Positions 7,324-16,210 are shown, counted from the stretch's first letter. The stretch: 18,652 nt of DNA from Myxococcales bacterium (GCA_037441385.1 JBBISH010000121.1:1-18652); one strand, 5' to 3'. The notes: generated by a model not told the origin, from the letters alone. A program made the numbers and translations.

Positions 7324-8232
7324 GTGAGCGACTCGCCCATCGACATCCTGCCGCCGGACCCGGACTGGCAGCCCACCAAGGGGCCGCCGCCGGTGACCTA
7401 CGACGTGGAGCCGCCCCCGCCAGGAGTGGTCAGCGACGTCTTTGAGGCGAAGCTACCGCCCGGCGCGCGGCGAACGCCACAGCCGCAAGTGCGCGCGCAG
7501 CGGGGCGATCCGGCGGTCTTCAAGAAGCTGCTGTCGCTCGCCTCGCGGGTGGCCGTGGTGGCGGTGGTCGGCCTGGTGCTGGTGTGGGCGCTGGAGCCGT
7601 TTGGGCCGAATTCGCTGCAGCACTCCGTGCTTTGGCTGCGCGATCAGCCCGTGCTCGGGCGGGTCCTGACGGTGCTGCTGGTGGCGGCCGGCGTGCCGTT
7701 CCTGGTGCCAGTCGGGCCGATGGCGATGATCCCCGCCTACGCTTGGGGTGCGACCGAGGGCGTGGTGCTGGGCCTCTGCGGCGCCGTGCTGGGCGGCACG
7801 CTCAACTACTGGGTCAGCAAGCGCTTCATCGGTCCACACCTGCTGGCGTGGCTCGACGGCAACGACGTGATCCGCTCGCTCTACTTGACCGTCGATCGCC
7901 GCGGCGCGCGAGTGCTGCTGGGCATGCGCATGAGCCCGGTGATGCCGTTTGGCCTGCTGTGCTACCTGTCCGGCCTGACGTCCATCGGCTGGGGAATGTT
8001 CGCGCTGGTGATGGCGGTGGGCGGCCTGCCTTGGACCACCGTCTACGCCGTAGCGGGCGCCATGCTGGGCGAAAGCCACCGCGCCATGGACCTGGGGGCC
8101 GCCGCCGATGGGCCGTACGCCGGCCCGCTGCGCTGGATCGGCCTGGGCGTGACGATTGCGCTGGCCACGTGGATCGGCCGGGTGGCGCGGCGCGACTTGC
8201 TCGACATGCGCGCGGGGAGAGGGGCGCCATGA
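7324..8232 (+). CDS. DedA superfamily TVP38/TMEM64 (VTT/SNARE-associated) membrane protein with Pro-rich N-terminus
   Basis: GAVLGGTLNYWVSK, RMSPVMPFGLLCYLSGLT and GGLPWT motifs with multiple hydrophobic segments. Confidence 0.85.
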   Translation: MSDSPIDILPPDPDWQPTKGPPPVTYDVEPPPPGVVSDVFEAKLPPGARRTPQPQVRAQRGDPAVFKKLLSLASRVAVVAVVGLVLVWALEPFGPNSLQHSVLWLRDQPVLGRVLTVLLVAAGVPFLVPVGPMAMIPAYAWGATEGVVLGLCGAVLGGTLNYWVSKRFIGPHLLAWLDGNDVIRSLYLTVDRRGARVLLGMRMSPVMPFGLLCYLSGLTSIGWGMFALVMAVGGLPWTTVYAVAGAMLGESHRAMDLGAAADGPYAGPLRWIGLGVTIALATWIGRVARRDLLDMRAGRGAP

Positions 8233-10937
8233 AAGCTCTCGCGTGGACCCTACTTGCGACTCTGGCGGCCTGCGGGAGCGATCCGGCGACCTCAACGGAC
8301 ATCCAGGTCCAAGACGCCACCGCCGACAGCGCGGGCCAGGACACGTTGGCCAGCGACGCGGCGCCCGCAGGCGGAAACGCGATGACGTTCGGGGCCTTTA
8401 CGGGCACCCTCGACAAAGCGGCCAAGACCCTGACCGTACAGCGGACCGGCGAGGCGAGCCCGCGCGCGGTGCTGGACCTGGGCGCCCTGCGCTTTGGCCG
8501 GGTGGCGGCCTTCGATGCAAAGTACAACTACGATCCCGCCAACTTGCCCGGCAAAGCGCCCGCTGGTCTGAGCTGGTGCAGCGTGGTCGGTATCGCCCCG
8601 ATCCCGGAACAGCCGCCCACGGGCGGTTCGAAGCTGGCTGGGACGTTGTGGCAGCTGGACACCCAAGATGCGGCGGGCGCGCCCTGCCCGGCTTGGCGGC
8701 TGCAGTGGGCCAGCCAGGACGGCGTGGGCTTCCGCCTGCACCTGCAGCCCCTGGATGGCAAGCTCGGCGACGCGTGGGCCCAGGATCAGGGCGATCAGCC
8801 GTTTATCTACACCGAGTTCGCCCACCGTGCCCCGGCCGGCGAAGGCTACTACGGCCTGGGCGAGTTCTTTGACACCCCACAACACCGCGGCAAGGTGCGC
8901 AGCCTGCAGCTTCAGGGGCAATTCGACCTGGACGGTTCGAGCAACGAGGCCCACGTGCGCCTGCCGCTCCTAGTGGGCACCCAGGGCTGGGGCTGGTTCG
9001 CCATGACCCGCCGGCCGGGCAAAGTCGACGTGGCCGCCACCGACAAAGCCAAGGTGATCGCAACCTTCCAAGAGGTGGACCTGAACCTGTACCTGCTGCT
9101 AGCCGACGATCCGCTGGATGTGGTCGGCCGCTACTGGAAGCTGACCGGCTCGCCGCAGCTGCCGGCGCCCTGGGCCTTGGGCGGGCTCCTCTGGCGCGAC
9201 GAGAACAAGGACCAGGCCGAAGTGCTGCAAGACGCTGCGGATCTGCGCATGCACGACCTGGCGATCTCGGGCCTGTGGATCGACCGGCCCTACGACACCG
9301 CGGTGAACGATTTTGGCTTCGAGCCCGGCATGTTCCCCAACCCCAAGGCGATGATCGACCAGCTCCACACCCAAGGGCTGCGGCTGGGGCTGTGGTCCAC
9401 GCCATACTTGGACCCAGGCACTGGCGGCAAGCCCAAGGCCAAGCTGGCCGACGAGGCCAAGTCAAAGGATTATTTTGTCCACGGTCAGGGCGCGTGGTCG
9501 TCCATCCTCAAGTGGGGGCCGCCGATCGACTTTACCAACCCGGCCGCCAACACCTTCTGGCGCGGACTGGTCAAGAAATACACGGACCTGGGCATCGAAG
9601 GCTTCAAGCTGGACTACGGCGAGGACATCGTGCTGGGCCTGCTGACCGTGCGGATTCCCTGGACTTTCGCCGACGGCAGCGACGAGCGCACCATGCACCG
9701 CGGCTTCGAGCTGGGCTACCATGCCGCTTATGCCGACAACCTGCCGAAACTCAACGGACTCTCTGGCGGCGGCTGGATCCTGGCGCGCAACTCGACCTGG
9801 GGCGACCAGACCAAGACCTCGATGATCTGGCCCGGTGACCTGTGCTCAGGCTGGGTGAAGCACGGCGAGTGCTCGCCCGGAAAAACCATCTGTCACGCCG
9901 GGGGCTTGCCCGCTTCGGTCAGCGCGGCCATCTCGCTGCCCACGGCCGGGTTCCCGCTGTTTGGCGCCGACACGGGCGGCTACCGCCACGGCCGCGCGCC
10001 CAAGGAGCTGTTCCTGCGCTGGCTGCAACATACGGCGCTCACCGGGGTTTTGCAGATCGGCGGCGGCTCGAACCACCACCCGTGGCTGGCGGAAAAGCTG
10101 GACAACGACCTGACCCCCGGCTCGCCCTTCGACGCGGAGACCCTGGACGTGTCGCGTACCCTGATTCGCCTGCACGCGCGCCTCTTTCCGCTGCTCTGGA
10201 CCGAACTGCAAAGGACCCAGGGCCTCGACCCGCGCGGAGTGGGTCCGGTGCGGGCGCTGGGGCTGCAGTACCCGAAACTTGCAGGTGATCCGGGCCTGCA
10301 GGCGCACGAAGCCGACCAGTGGCTGCTGGGGCCGGACCTGATGGTGGCGCCCGTGATCACGGCGGAATTGCAGCGCGAGGTGTGGTTCCCGCCCGGGCTT
10401 TGGCGCGATTGGTTCGACGGCTCGCTGCACGACGGCGGCACGGCCGGCAAGCTGGAGAAGGTGGAGGCGTCGATCGCCAAACTGCCCCTGTACTTGCGAG
10501 TGGGCGGGGTGGTGCCGCTGCTGCGGCCGACCATCGACACGCTGGCGCCCAGCAACGACTCAGCGATCGAGAGTTTTGCCAACGATCCCGGGTTGCTGTG
10601 GGTGCGTGCGGCATGGAGCCCCAAGTGGTTCGACGGTGTCACCTATCTATTCGACGGCACCATGGTCGGATGGGAGAACTCCGCGCACCAAACGTTCATT
10701 CTTGGCTCTGGCGGTACCAGCTTTACCAAAGGCGCGGTGTGGGAAATCCTCGATTTTCCCAAGGCACCGAGCAAGGTTGCCATCTACTTGGGGCAGGAGT
10801 TGGTGGCGGCCCAGAGCGTTGAAGCGGTTGCGGCGTGTCAGGACCCGTGCTGGGCCTACGACGCCGCCTCGCAACGACTACTTCTGCGTGATCTCCACAA
10901 TCACGATAAGGACTTCATAGTGGTCGAATGGGAATGA
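8229..10937 (+). CDS. Glycoside hydrolase family 31 lipoprotein (alpha-glucosidase/xylosidase-like), 902 aa
   Basis: ATGA overlap with the upstream gene and lipobox LAA-C. Motifs YYGLGE, LTGSPQLPAPWALG, FPNPKAMI, IDFTNP, nucleophile GFKLDYGE, acid/base WPGD, GADTGGY and LGPDLMVAPV. Confidence 0.92.
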   Translation: MKALAWTLLATLAACGSDPATSTDIQVQDATADSAGQDTLASDAAPAGGNAMTFGAFTGTLDKAAKTLTVQRTGEASPRAVLDLGALRFGRVAAFDAKYNYDPANLPGKAPAGLSWCSVVGIAPIPEQPPTGGSKLAGTLWQLDTQDAAGAPCPAWRLQWASQDGVGFRLHLQPLDGKLGDAWAQDQGDQPFIYTEFAHRAPAGEGYYGLGEFFDTPQHRGKVRSLQLQGQFDLDGSSNEAHVRLPLLVGTQGWGWFAMTRRPGKVDVAATDKAKVIATFQEVDLNLYLLLADDPLDVVGRYWKLTGSPQLPAPWALGGLLWRDENKDQAEVLQDAADLRMHDLAISGLWIDRPYDTAVNDFGFEPGMFPNPKAMIDQLHTQGLRLGLWSTPYLDPGTGGKPKAKLADEAKSKDYFVHGQGAWSSILKWGPPIDFTNPAANTFWRGLVKKYTDLGIEGFKLDYGEDIVLGLLTVRIPWTFADGSDERTMHRGFELGYHAAYADNLPKLNGLSGGGWILARNSTWGDQTKTSMIWPGDLCSGWVKHGECSPGKTICHAGGLPASVSAAISLPTAGFPLFGADTGGYRHGRAPKELFLRWLQHTALTGVLQIGGGSNHHPWLAEKLDNDLTPGSPFDAETLDVSRTLIRLHARLFPLLWTELQRTQGLDPRGVGPVRALGLQYPKLAGDPGLQAHEADQWLLGPDLMVAPVITAELQREVWFPPGLWRDWFDGSLHDGGTAGKLEKVEASIAKLPLYLRVGGVVPLLRPTIDTLAPSNDSAIESFANDPGLLWVRAAWSPKWFDGVTYLFDGTMVGWENSAHQTFILGSGGTSFTKGAVWEILDFPKAPSKVAIYLGQELVAAQSVEAVAACQDPCWAYDAASQRLLLRDLHNHDKDFIVVEWE

Positions 10938-11614
10938 CCCTCCCGCCCCAAACCATTGCGATCGTCGGCTGCGGCGGCCTGGGCGTGCCGGCAGCCTGGA
11001 CTCTAGCCCTGGCGGGCGCGCCGCGGCTGGTGCTGATCGACGACGACGTGGTGGAAGTCAGCAACCTGCATCGGCAAATCCTGTACGATACCGCCGTGCT
11101 GGGCCAGCCCAAGCCCCTGGCGCTGCGCGCGGCCCTGCAGGCACGTGTGCCCAACCTGGACATTCAAGTCCGCCAAGGCCGCTTGAACGCGGACACGGTG
11201 GTCGACCTGCTGGCCGGCTGCGACGCCGTGCTCGAGGGCAGCGACGACGCGACGAGCAAGTTTTTGGTGAACGATTGGGCGGTTGCGCAACCGCGCCGCC
11301 GCCATGCCAGCATCGCAGCTGCCATCGGTCGCCGCGGTCAATGGATGACCGTGTCGCCCGAAAGTGCCTGCTACCGCTGCCTGTTCGAGGAGCCGCCGCC
11401 GCCCGAACACTTGGCCACTTGCCAGGTCGCCGGCGTGATCGGCCCGGTGGTGGGCCAGGTGGGCGCCCTGGCGGCCCGCTCGCTGTGGTCCGCGCTGAAT
11501 GGGCAACCCGACATGGCCCGCGGCGCCCTGGTTCGCCTGTCGCCGCGCGGACTTCTGCGCACTCCGGTGCAGGTGGCCGGCGACTGCCGCTGCGGGCAGG
11601 GGGCGCCATGCTAG
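10934..11614 (+). CDS. ThiF/MoeB/HesA family E1-like adenylyltransferase lacking the N-terminal RYxRQ helix
   Basis: Motifs GCGGLG, DDDVVEVSNLHRQ, EGSDD, CYRC, TCQVAGVIGP and C-terminal CRC. ATG overlaps the GH31 stop (ATGA). Confidence 0.92.
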   Translation: MTLPPQTIAIVGCGGLGVPAAWTLALAGAPRLVLIDDDVVEVSNLHRQILYDTAVLGQPKPLALRAALQARVPNLDIQVRQGRLNADTVVDLLAGCDAVLEGSDDATSKFLVNDWAVAQPRRRHASIAAAIGRRGQWMTVSPESACYRCLFEEPPPPEHLATCQVAGVIGPVVGQVGALAARSLWSALNGQPDMARGALVRLSPRGLLRTPVQVAGDCRCGQGAPC

Positions 11615-12516
11615 TCCGCGATCCCGCCACCCTGTACGAGCGCCACGGCCGGCAACTGCTGGTGACGGGAGTGCAATTCGACGGTCAGCAGGCCCTGTTC
11701 GCCTTGGGGGCCGCCATCGCCTGCGACCAGTCGCCGCTGGCCCAAGTTGCGGCCGAGGTATGTGCGCGCTATCTGGTGGGCGCCGGTCTGGGCCGGATCC
11801 TAGCGCCCAGCCGCATCGCGCAGGCGTTGCCGGCCCTCGATCCCGAGCTGCAACTGGCCACGAGTCCTAGAGATTTGCGCGAACCCTGCCTGCACCTGCA
11901 CCTGCGCGCGCGGCCCTTTGGTGTCGAGGCCGAGCTGGCTTGGATGGGCGACTGCCCACGGCATTCCCTCTTGCTTTGGCATAGTTCTGCGGGGCTTGCC
12001 GACGCCGTGGCGCTTGGCGGCGCAGTGGCGCAGCTGGTACTGGACGACGTGCTGGGCCTGCAGCCGCTGCCGGCGGTGGTGCGCTTCGATCTAGACGACC
12101 CACAACAACCTGTGCGGCAACAGGAACTGCCGACAAATCCGTTGTCGGACGTCGGTGCCGAAGTGTGGCAGCAGATCGAGGCCAACTGCGCTGCTGCCTA
12201 TCCGCACGAGGCGGCGGGGTTGCTGGTGCAAGCTGCGGACGGCGCAATCCAGTGTGTCGTCGGCGAGGCGGGCCAGCGCGACGGGTTCGTCCTGGCCGCA
12301 GAACATTTTGCCCAAGCAAATCGGCACTTGCTCGCCATCTGGCACAGCCACCCGGATGGCAGCGCCCAGCTGAGCGCCGTCGACCAGGCCTGGGCCCGCA
12401 CAGGCAGCAACCCCGCGCCCGTACACATCGTTTTGGCCACCGCCGGCCCGCGCGTCGCGGCGCGGCAAATCCACGTGTGGAGCACCCTGGCGAACCGCTA
12501 CCTGCCCGCGACCTGA
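11608..12516 (+). CDS. Fusion of a degenerate (pseudo) ThiF/MoeB domain and a JAB/MPN+ (JAMM) metalloprotease
   Basis: The N-terminus YERHGRQLL...GQQAL...ARYLVGAGLGRI resembles the MoeB N-terminus but has no GxGGxG or SNLxRQ. The C-terminus has YPHEAAGLL and WHSHPDGSAQLSAVD, a complete E...HxH-x7-S-x2-D motif. It overlaps the upstream gene by 7 nt. Confidence 0.85.
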   Translation: MLVRDPATLYERHGRQLLVTGVQFDGQQALFALGAAIACDQSPLAQVAAEVCARYLVGAGLGRILAPSRIAQALPALDPELQLATSPRDLREPCLHLHLRARPFGVEAELAWMGDCPRHSLLLWHSSAGLADAVALGGAVAQLVLDDVLGLQPLPAVVRFDLDDPQQPVRQQELPTNPLSDVGAEVWQQIEANCAAAYPHEAAGLLVQAADGAIQCVVGEAGQRDGFVLAAEHFAQANRHLLAIWHSHPDGSAQLSAVDQAWARTGSNPAPVHIVLATAGPRVAARQIHVWSTLANRYLPAT

Positions 12517-12527
12517 GGAGACCGCCC

Positions 12528-12806
12528 ATGCAACAGCGCAATATCCAAATGCATGTCTTTGTCTCGGGCGAGGTGCAGGGCGTGTCGTACCGCGCCTACT
12601 GCCGGCAGCAGGCGCTGCGCCTCAAGCTCAAGGGTTGGGTGCGCAACCTGGACGACGGCCGCGTGGAAGCGGTGTTCCACGGCCCCGAGGCCAATGTGCA
12701 GGCCATGGTCGCGTGGTGCCACCAAGGTTCGATGCGCGCCAACGTGACCGACGTGCAGGCGAGCAAGATGCCGCTGGAAGCGTTCTTGGACTTCTCGGTC
12801 CGCTGA
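12528..12806 (+). CDS. acyP: Acylphosphatase
   Basis: Motifs VSGEVQGVSYR and GWVRNLDDGRVE; RBS GAGGAG at 12515-12520; 92 aa. Confidence 0.95.
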   Translation: MQQRNIQMHVFVSGEVQGVSYRAYCRQQALRLKLKGWVRNLDDGRVEAVFHGPEANVQAMVAWCHQGSMRANVTDVQASKMPLEAFLDFSVR

Positions 12807-12809
12807 TGC

Positions 12810-14084
12810 CTAACCCGGCGTGCCTTCTTCCCAAATCTGCGCCAGGTGCACCATCACCTCAACGGCCTTGTGCAAATCCTGGGCGCTGATCCACTCCAGC
12901 CGCGAGTGGTAGTTGTGCTCGCCGACAAACAGGTTCGGCGTAGGCAGGCCCATGAACGACAGCCGCGAGCCATCGGTCCCACCGCGAATCGCCGCGTCCA
13001 GCACCGGGATACCGGCCCGCGCAATGGCCAAGCGCGCATTTTCAACCACTTGCGGATGCTGGTCGATCACTTCGCGCATGTTGCGGTACGACTCGGTGAC
13101 TTGGACCTGCACCGTGCTGCCGGGCCAGTCCGCCGCGGTCTGAGCGGCCAAGTCGTCGAGCATCTTCTCGTAGGTCGCCAGCTTGGCGGTGTCAAAGTCG
13201 CGGATCAAGAACTTGACCGACGTCTTCTCGACCGCCGCCTCCATCTGGTACGGATGCACGAACCCCTGACGATCGCTGGTCGTTTCTGGCGCCATGCCGT
13301 CGTGCGGCAGCCGGGTCAAGAAGTCGGCCGCCACCTTGATCGAGTTGACCATCTTGCCGTGGGCCAAGCCCGGATGAGTGTTCCAGCCGTGAAACGTCAC
13401 GCTGACGCTGTCGGCCGAGAAGGACTCGGCTTCGATCTGGCCCAGACTTTCGCCGTCGATCGTGTAGGCATACTTGGCGGCGAAGCGCTCGACGTCGAAA
13501 TACTTTGTCCCCGAGCCCACTTCCTCGTCCGGGGTAAAGCCGAGCCGCAGCGTACCGTGGGGGATTTCTGGATGCGCCAGCAAGTACTCGGCCAGCGACA
13601 CGATAGCAGCCACGCCCGCCTTGTTGTCGGCGCCCAGCAGCGTCGTGCCGCTCGCCGTGATGATGTCTTCGCCGACCTTGTCGGCCAGCGCCGCCTGCTC
13701 CGAACGCCTCAAAATCACACTTGGGTCATCGGGCAGCACAATATCCGATCCGTCCCAGGCGTGGTGGACGAGCGGCCGCACGCCCACGCCCGGCGCCTCG
13801 GGCGAAGTGTCGACGTGCGCGATGTAACCGATGGTCGGCACACCCTTTTTCTTGGTCGTCGCCGGAATTGTCGCGAACACATAGCCGTATTGGTCGCGGA
13901 CTGCGTCGCGAAGCCCCAGCACCTGCAGGTCGGCCACCAAGCGATCCAAGAAGACCAACTGCTTGTGGGTACTGGGGAAAGTGTTGCTGGCGTCGTCGCT
14001 CTGGGTGTCGTACGTGACGTAGTCCAAGAAGCGGTCGACTACGCGCGTTGCGGGCTGCGGGACGGACGGCGAGAAGTGCGGCAT
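12810..14084 (-). CDS. pepT: Peptidase T (tripeptide aminopeptidase, M20B)
   Basis: Motifs RFLDYVTYDTQS, AHVDTSP, LGADNKAG, FTPDEEVG, AYTIDG, IRGGTDG and HNYHS. Start taken at ATG 14084. Confidence 0.95.
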   Translation of the reverse strand: MPHFSPSVPQPATRVVDRFLDYVTYDTQSDDASNTFPSTHKQLVFLDRLVADLQVLGLRDAVRDQYGYVFATIPATTKKKGVPTIGYIAHVDTSPEAPGVGVRPLVHHAWDGSDIVLPDDPSVILRRSEQAALADKVGEDIITASGTTLLGADNKAGVAAIVSLAEYLLAHPEIPHGTLRLGFTPDEEVGSGTKYFDVERFAAKYAYTIDGESLGQIEAESFSADSVSVTFHGWNTHPGLAHGKMVNSIKVAADFLTRLPHDGMAPETTSDRQGFVHPYQMEAAVEKTSVKFLIRDFDTAKLATYEKMLDDLAAQTAADWPGSTVQVQVTESYRNMREVIDQHPQVVENARLAIARAGIPVLDAAIRGGTDGSRLSFMGLPTPNLFVGEHNYHSRLEWISAQDLHKAVEVMVHLAQIWEEGTPG

Positions 14085-14222
14085 CGCGTTGACCAGGGCG
14101 CCAAGGTGCGGCGCCGGGGGCCGAAAGAGTAGAGGCGAGCCTGCCACTTGTCGAGTTTGCGGTTGGGCTCGGGCTTGCGTATTGTCACGGTCGTGTGGGC
14201 GCCCCGCCCCGTTGAGCGAAGC

Positions 14223-14750
14223 ATGAGCAAGAAATCCCCCTTGAACGAACTGGTCGCCCGCGTGCCGTGGGTCGGCAACCTGCAACGCGCCACGGTGGCC
14301 GACATCTGGGCCCTGTGTCAGCGGCAGCCGATGGGAAAAGCTATTTTCTCAAAGCTTTTGGCCATGCGCGTGCCCTACAGCGGCGCCCTGAGCGCCGACA
14401 TCGACGAACTGGGCGACGGCCATGCCCGAGTGACGCTGAGCGACCGCCGCGCCGTGCGCAACCACCTGAACAGCATCCACGCGCTGGCCTTGGGCAACCT
14501 GGGCGAGCTGACCACCGGCCTCGCCTTGCTCCACGTCATCGACGGCAAGGCCGTGGGCATCGTCACCCACTTGGAGGTCGACTTCTTGAAGAAGGCCCGC
14601 GGCCAGCTGACCAGCACCTGCGACGGCGAGATTCCCAACGTGGCCGAACCCTTCGAAGTCATCCTGAACGCCCAGGTCCGCGACCGCGCTGGCGACGAGG
14701 TGTGCCGGGTCCGGGCGACCTGGGCGGTGCGCCCCATCTCGGTCAAGTAG
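14223..14750 (+). CDS. Hotdog-fold thioesterase (PaaI/DUF4442-like)
   Basis: NHLNSIHALALGNLGE motif and VDFLKKARG; divergent from pepT. Confidence 0.85.
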   Translation: MSKKSPLNELVARVPWVGNLQRATVADIWALCQRQPMGKAIFSKLLAMRVPYSGALSADIDELGDGHARVTLSDRRAVRNHLNSIHALALGNLGELTTGLALLHVIDGKAVGIVTHLEVDFLKKARGQLTSTCDGEIPNVAEPFEVILNAQVRDRAGDEVCRVRATWAVRPISVK

Positions 14751-14761
14751 GCCGCTCGGCT

Positions 14762-15850
14762 TCAGCCGCCGATGGTGCTCATGGCCTCGCGGGTCGCGTG
14801 GGCCGCGTCAAAGCGGTGCGCGTCGACTTTGCCCAGCAGCGCCGCCGAGATGGCCTGCTGCACGTCATCGGGCGCGGCCCCCGCGCGCAGCATGTCGCGA
14901 AGCGAGAGCGCCCCTTGGGTCGACAGACACTCGCGCAGCGTGCCGGTCGAACTCAGCCGCACGCGGTTGCAATCGCGGCAAAACTTCTCGCTCACGGCTG
15001 CGATCAGCCCCAGCTTCAGGGTCCGTTCCGGCTGCTGCCGATGCCGCCCCAGCCAGCGCACCGCGGGGCCGCCACCTGGCTCACTGCGTTGGGTATCCAT
15101 CTGCAAATCCCAAGTCTTGCCCAGCAGATCGCGCACCTCGGCGATAGGCAGCCAGGTCTCGGGGCCCCACTGCTCGTCGGTGCCGATCGGCATGTACTCG
15201 ATGCAGCGCAGGGTGTAGCCGCGGTCGCTGCAGAACTCTGCCAGCGGCGGCAAGCCGGTTTCGCTTAGGCCGCGCAACACCACCGCGTTGATCTTGGTGT
15301 GGACAAACCCGGCGCGATCGGCAGCGTCCAGGCCCCGCAACACCGCGTGCAGGCTGCCCTGCCGCGTCAACGCAGCAAAGGTGCCCGGGTCCAGCGTGTC
15401 GATCGACACGTTCAAGCGCTGCAGGCCGGCCTGCTGCAACGGCTCGGCCAGCTCGGCCAGCAGGTGGCCGTTGGTGGTCATGGCCAAATCGGTCAGCTCG
15501 GGGATCGCAGCCAGCCGCGCCACCAGTTCGGGCAAGTCGCGCCGCAACAACGGCTCGCCGCCAGTCAAGCGCAGTTTGCGGACTCCCAACGCCACAAAAG
15601 CCCGCACCAACGTTTCGATTTCGTCAAAGGTCAGCAACTCGTCGCGCGGCAGCCAAGGTAAGCCCTCAGCGGGCATGCAGTAGGTGCAGCGGTAGTTGCA
15701 GCGGTCGGTCAGCGAGACACGCAGGTACTCGACTTTGCGGTGCTGCAGGTCGACCAGCGCAAAGGGGCTGCGCAGCGCGGGGGTGGCTCCCCCCAAGCTG
15801 AGCGCGGCCACGGGCGCCGCCGAAGTGGGGCAGCTGCTGGGTAGGGTCAC
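14762..15850 (-). CDS. moaA: GTP 3',8-cyclase (molybdenum cofactor biosynthesis radical SAM enzyme)
   Basis: YLRVSLTDRCNYRCTYC (CxxxCxxC), RLTGGEP, TTNG, FCRDCNRVRL...LREC and C-terminal MSTIGG. The GTG start overlaps the upstream TGA. Confidence 0.97.
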   Translation of the reverse strand: MTLPSSCPTSAAPVAALSLGGATPALRSPFALVDLQHRKVEYLRVSLTDRCNYRCTYCMPAEGLPWLPRDELLTFDEIETLVRAFVALGVRKLRLTGGEPLLRRDLPELVARLAAIPELTDLAMTTNGHLLAELAEPLQQAGLQRLNVSIDTLDPGTFAALTRQGSLHAVLRGLDAADRAGFVHTKINAVVLRGLSETGLPPLAEFCSDRGYTLRCIEYMPIGTDEQWGPETWLPIAEVRDLLGKTWDLQMDTQRSEPGGGPAVRWLGRHRQQPERTLKLGLIAAVSEKFCRDCNRVRLSSTGTLRECLSTQGALSLRDMLRAGAAPDDVQQAISAALLGKVDAHRFDAAHATREAMSTIGG

Positions 15851-16101
15851 GCAGTCGCCTTGCCCGTTTCGCTGCGTGCCACTTCGCCGCGGGCTCCCAG
15901 CAGGACCACTTCGGCCAACGCGTTGTGGGCGGCGTGCTCTTCGGCGTAACGGGCGATGACCTTGGGCTGACCGCCGGCCACTTCAGCCAGCAGCGCCAAG
16001 CGCGCCTCGTGGTCCAACTTGCCGCCGCTGTGCTTTTGCACCACGCGCTCCAGTCGCTCGCCGATGGCCTTGGGAAACTCGATCAACCGCAATTCGAACA
16101 T
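15847..16101 (-). CDS. Small protein resembling a stand-alone ribosomal L7/L12 C-terminal-like domain (84 aa)
   Basis: RBS GAGGTGG precedes ATG 16101 and there is a GTGA overlap with moaA. The pattern FELRL...RVVQKHSG..L.HEA...PKVI....EHAA......GARGEV recalls the L7/L12 CTD; the fold call is tentative. Confidence 0.6.
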   Translation of the reverse strand: MFELRLIEFPKAIGERLERVVQKHSGGKLDHEARLALLAEVAGGQPKVIARYAEEHAAHNALAEVVLLGARGEVARSETGKATA

Positions 16102-16210
16102 GAACCACCTCTGCCGCCTACCGCCAGCGATCATGGGCCGGGCGCCGCCACAGCGTCAACGTGCTCCAGCCAAACAGGCAATTCGTCACGCGTATGCCCG
16201 CGCCGCACGG

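Noticed and set aside
7584..8228. N-terminal extension making GH31 1117 aa
   Set aside because: It overlaps the DedA gene in another frame; the real start is ATG 8229 with a signal peptide.
8221..11610. Identical GGGGCGCCATG at the starts of GH31 (8221-8231) and the JAB fusion (11600-11610)
   Set aside because: It is a short GC-rich SD-plus-start context and is probably coincidental; there is no evidence that it bounds an insertion.
10934..12516. CBASS/Bil-type antiphage E1-E2-JAB system, or a frameshifted moeB pseudogene
   Set aside because: There is no E2, CD-NTase or Ubl, and the context is housekeeping. The N-terminal-like segment lies downstream of the catalytic gene, so a single frameshift cannot explain the arrangement.
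12846..14132. 428-aa plus-strand ORF
   Set aside because: It is an antisense shadow of pepT.
14762..14780. MoaA C-terminal GG as substrate for the E1/JAB pair
   Set aside because: The terminal GG is a known conserved catalytic motif of MoaA, not a ubiquitin-like tail.
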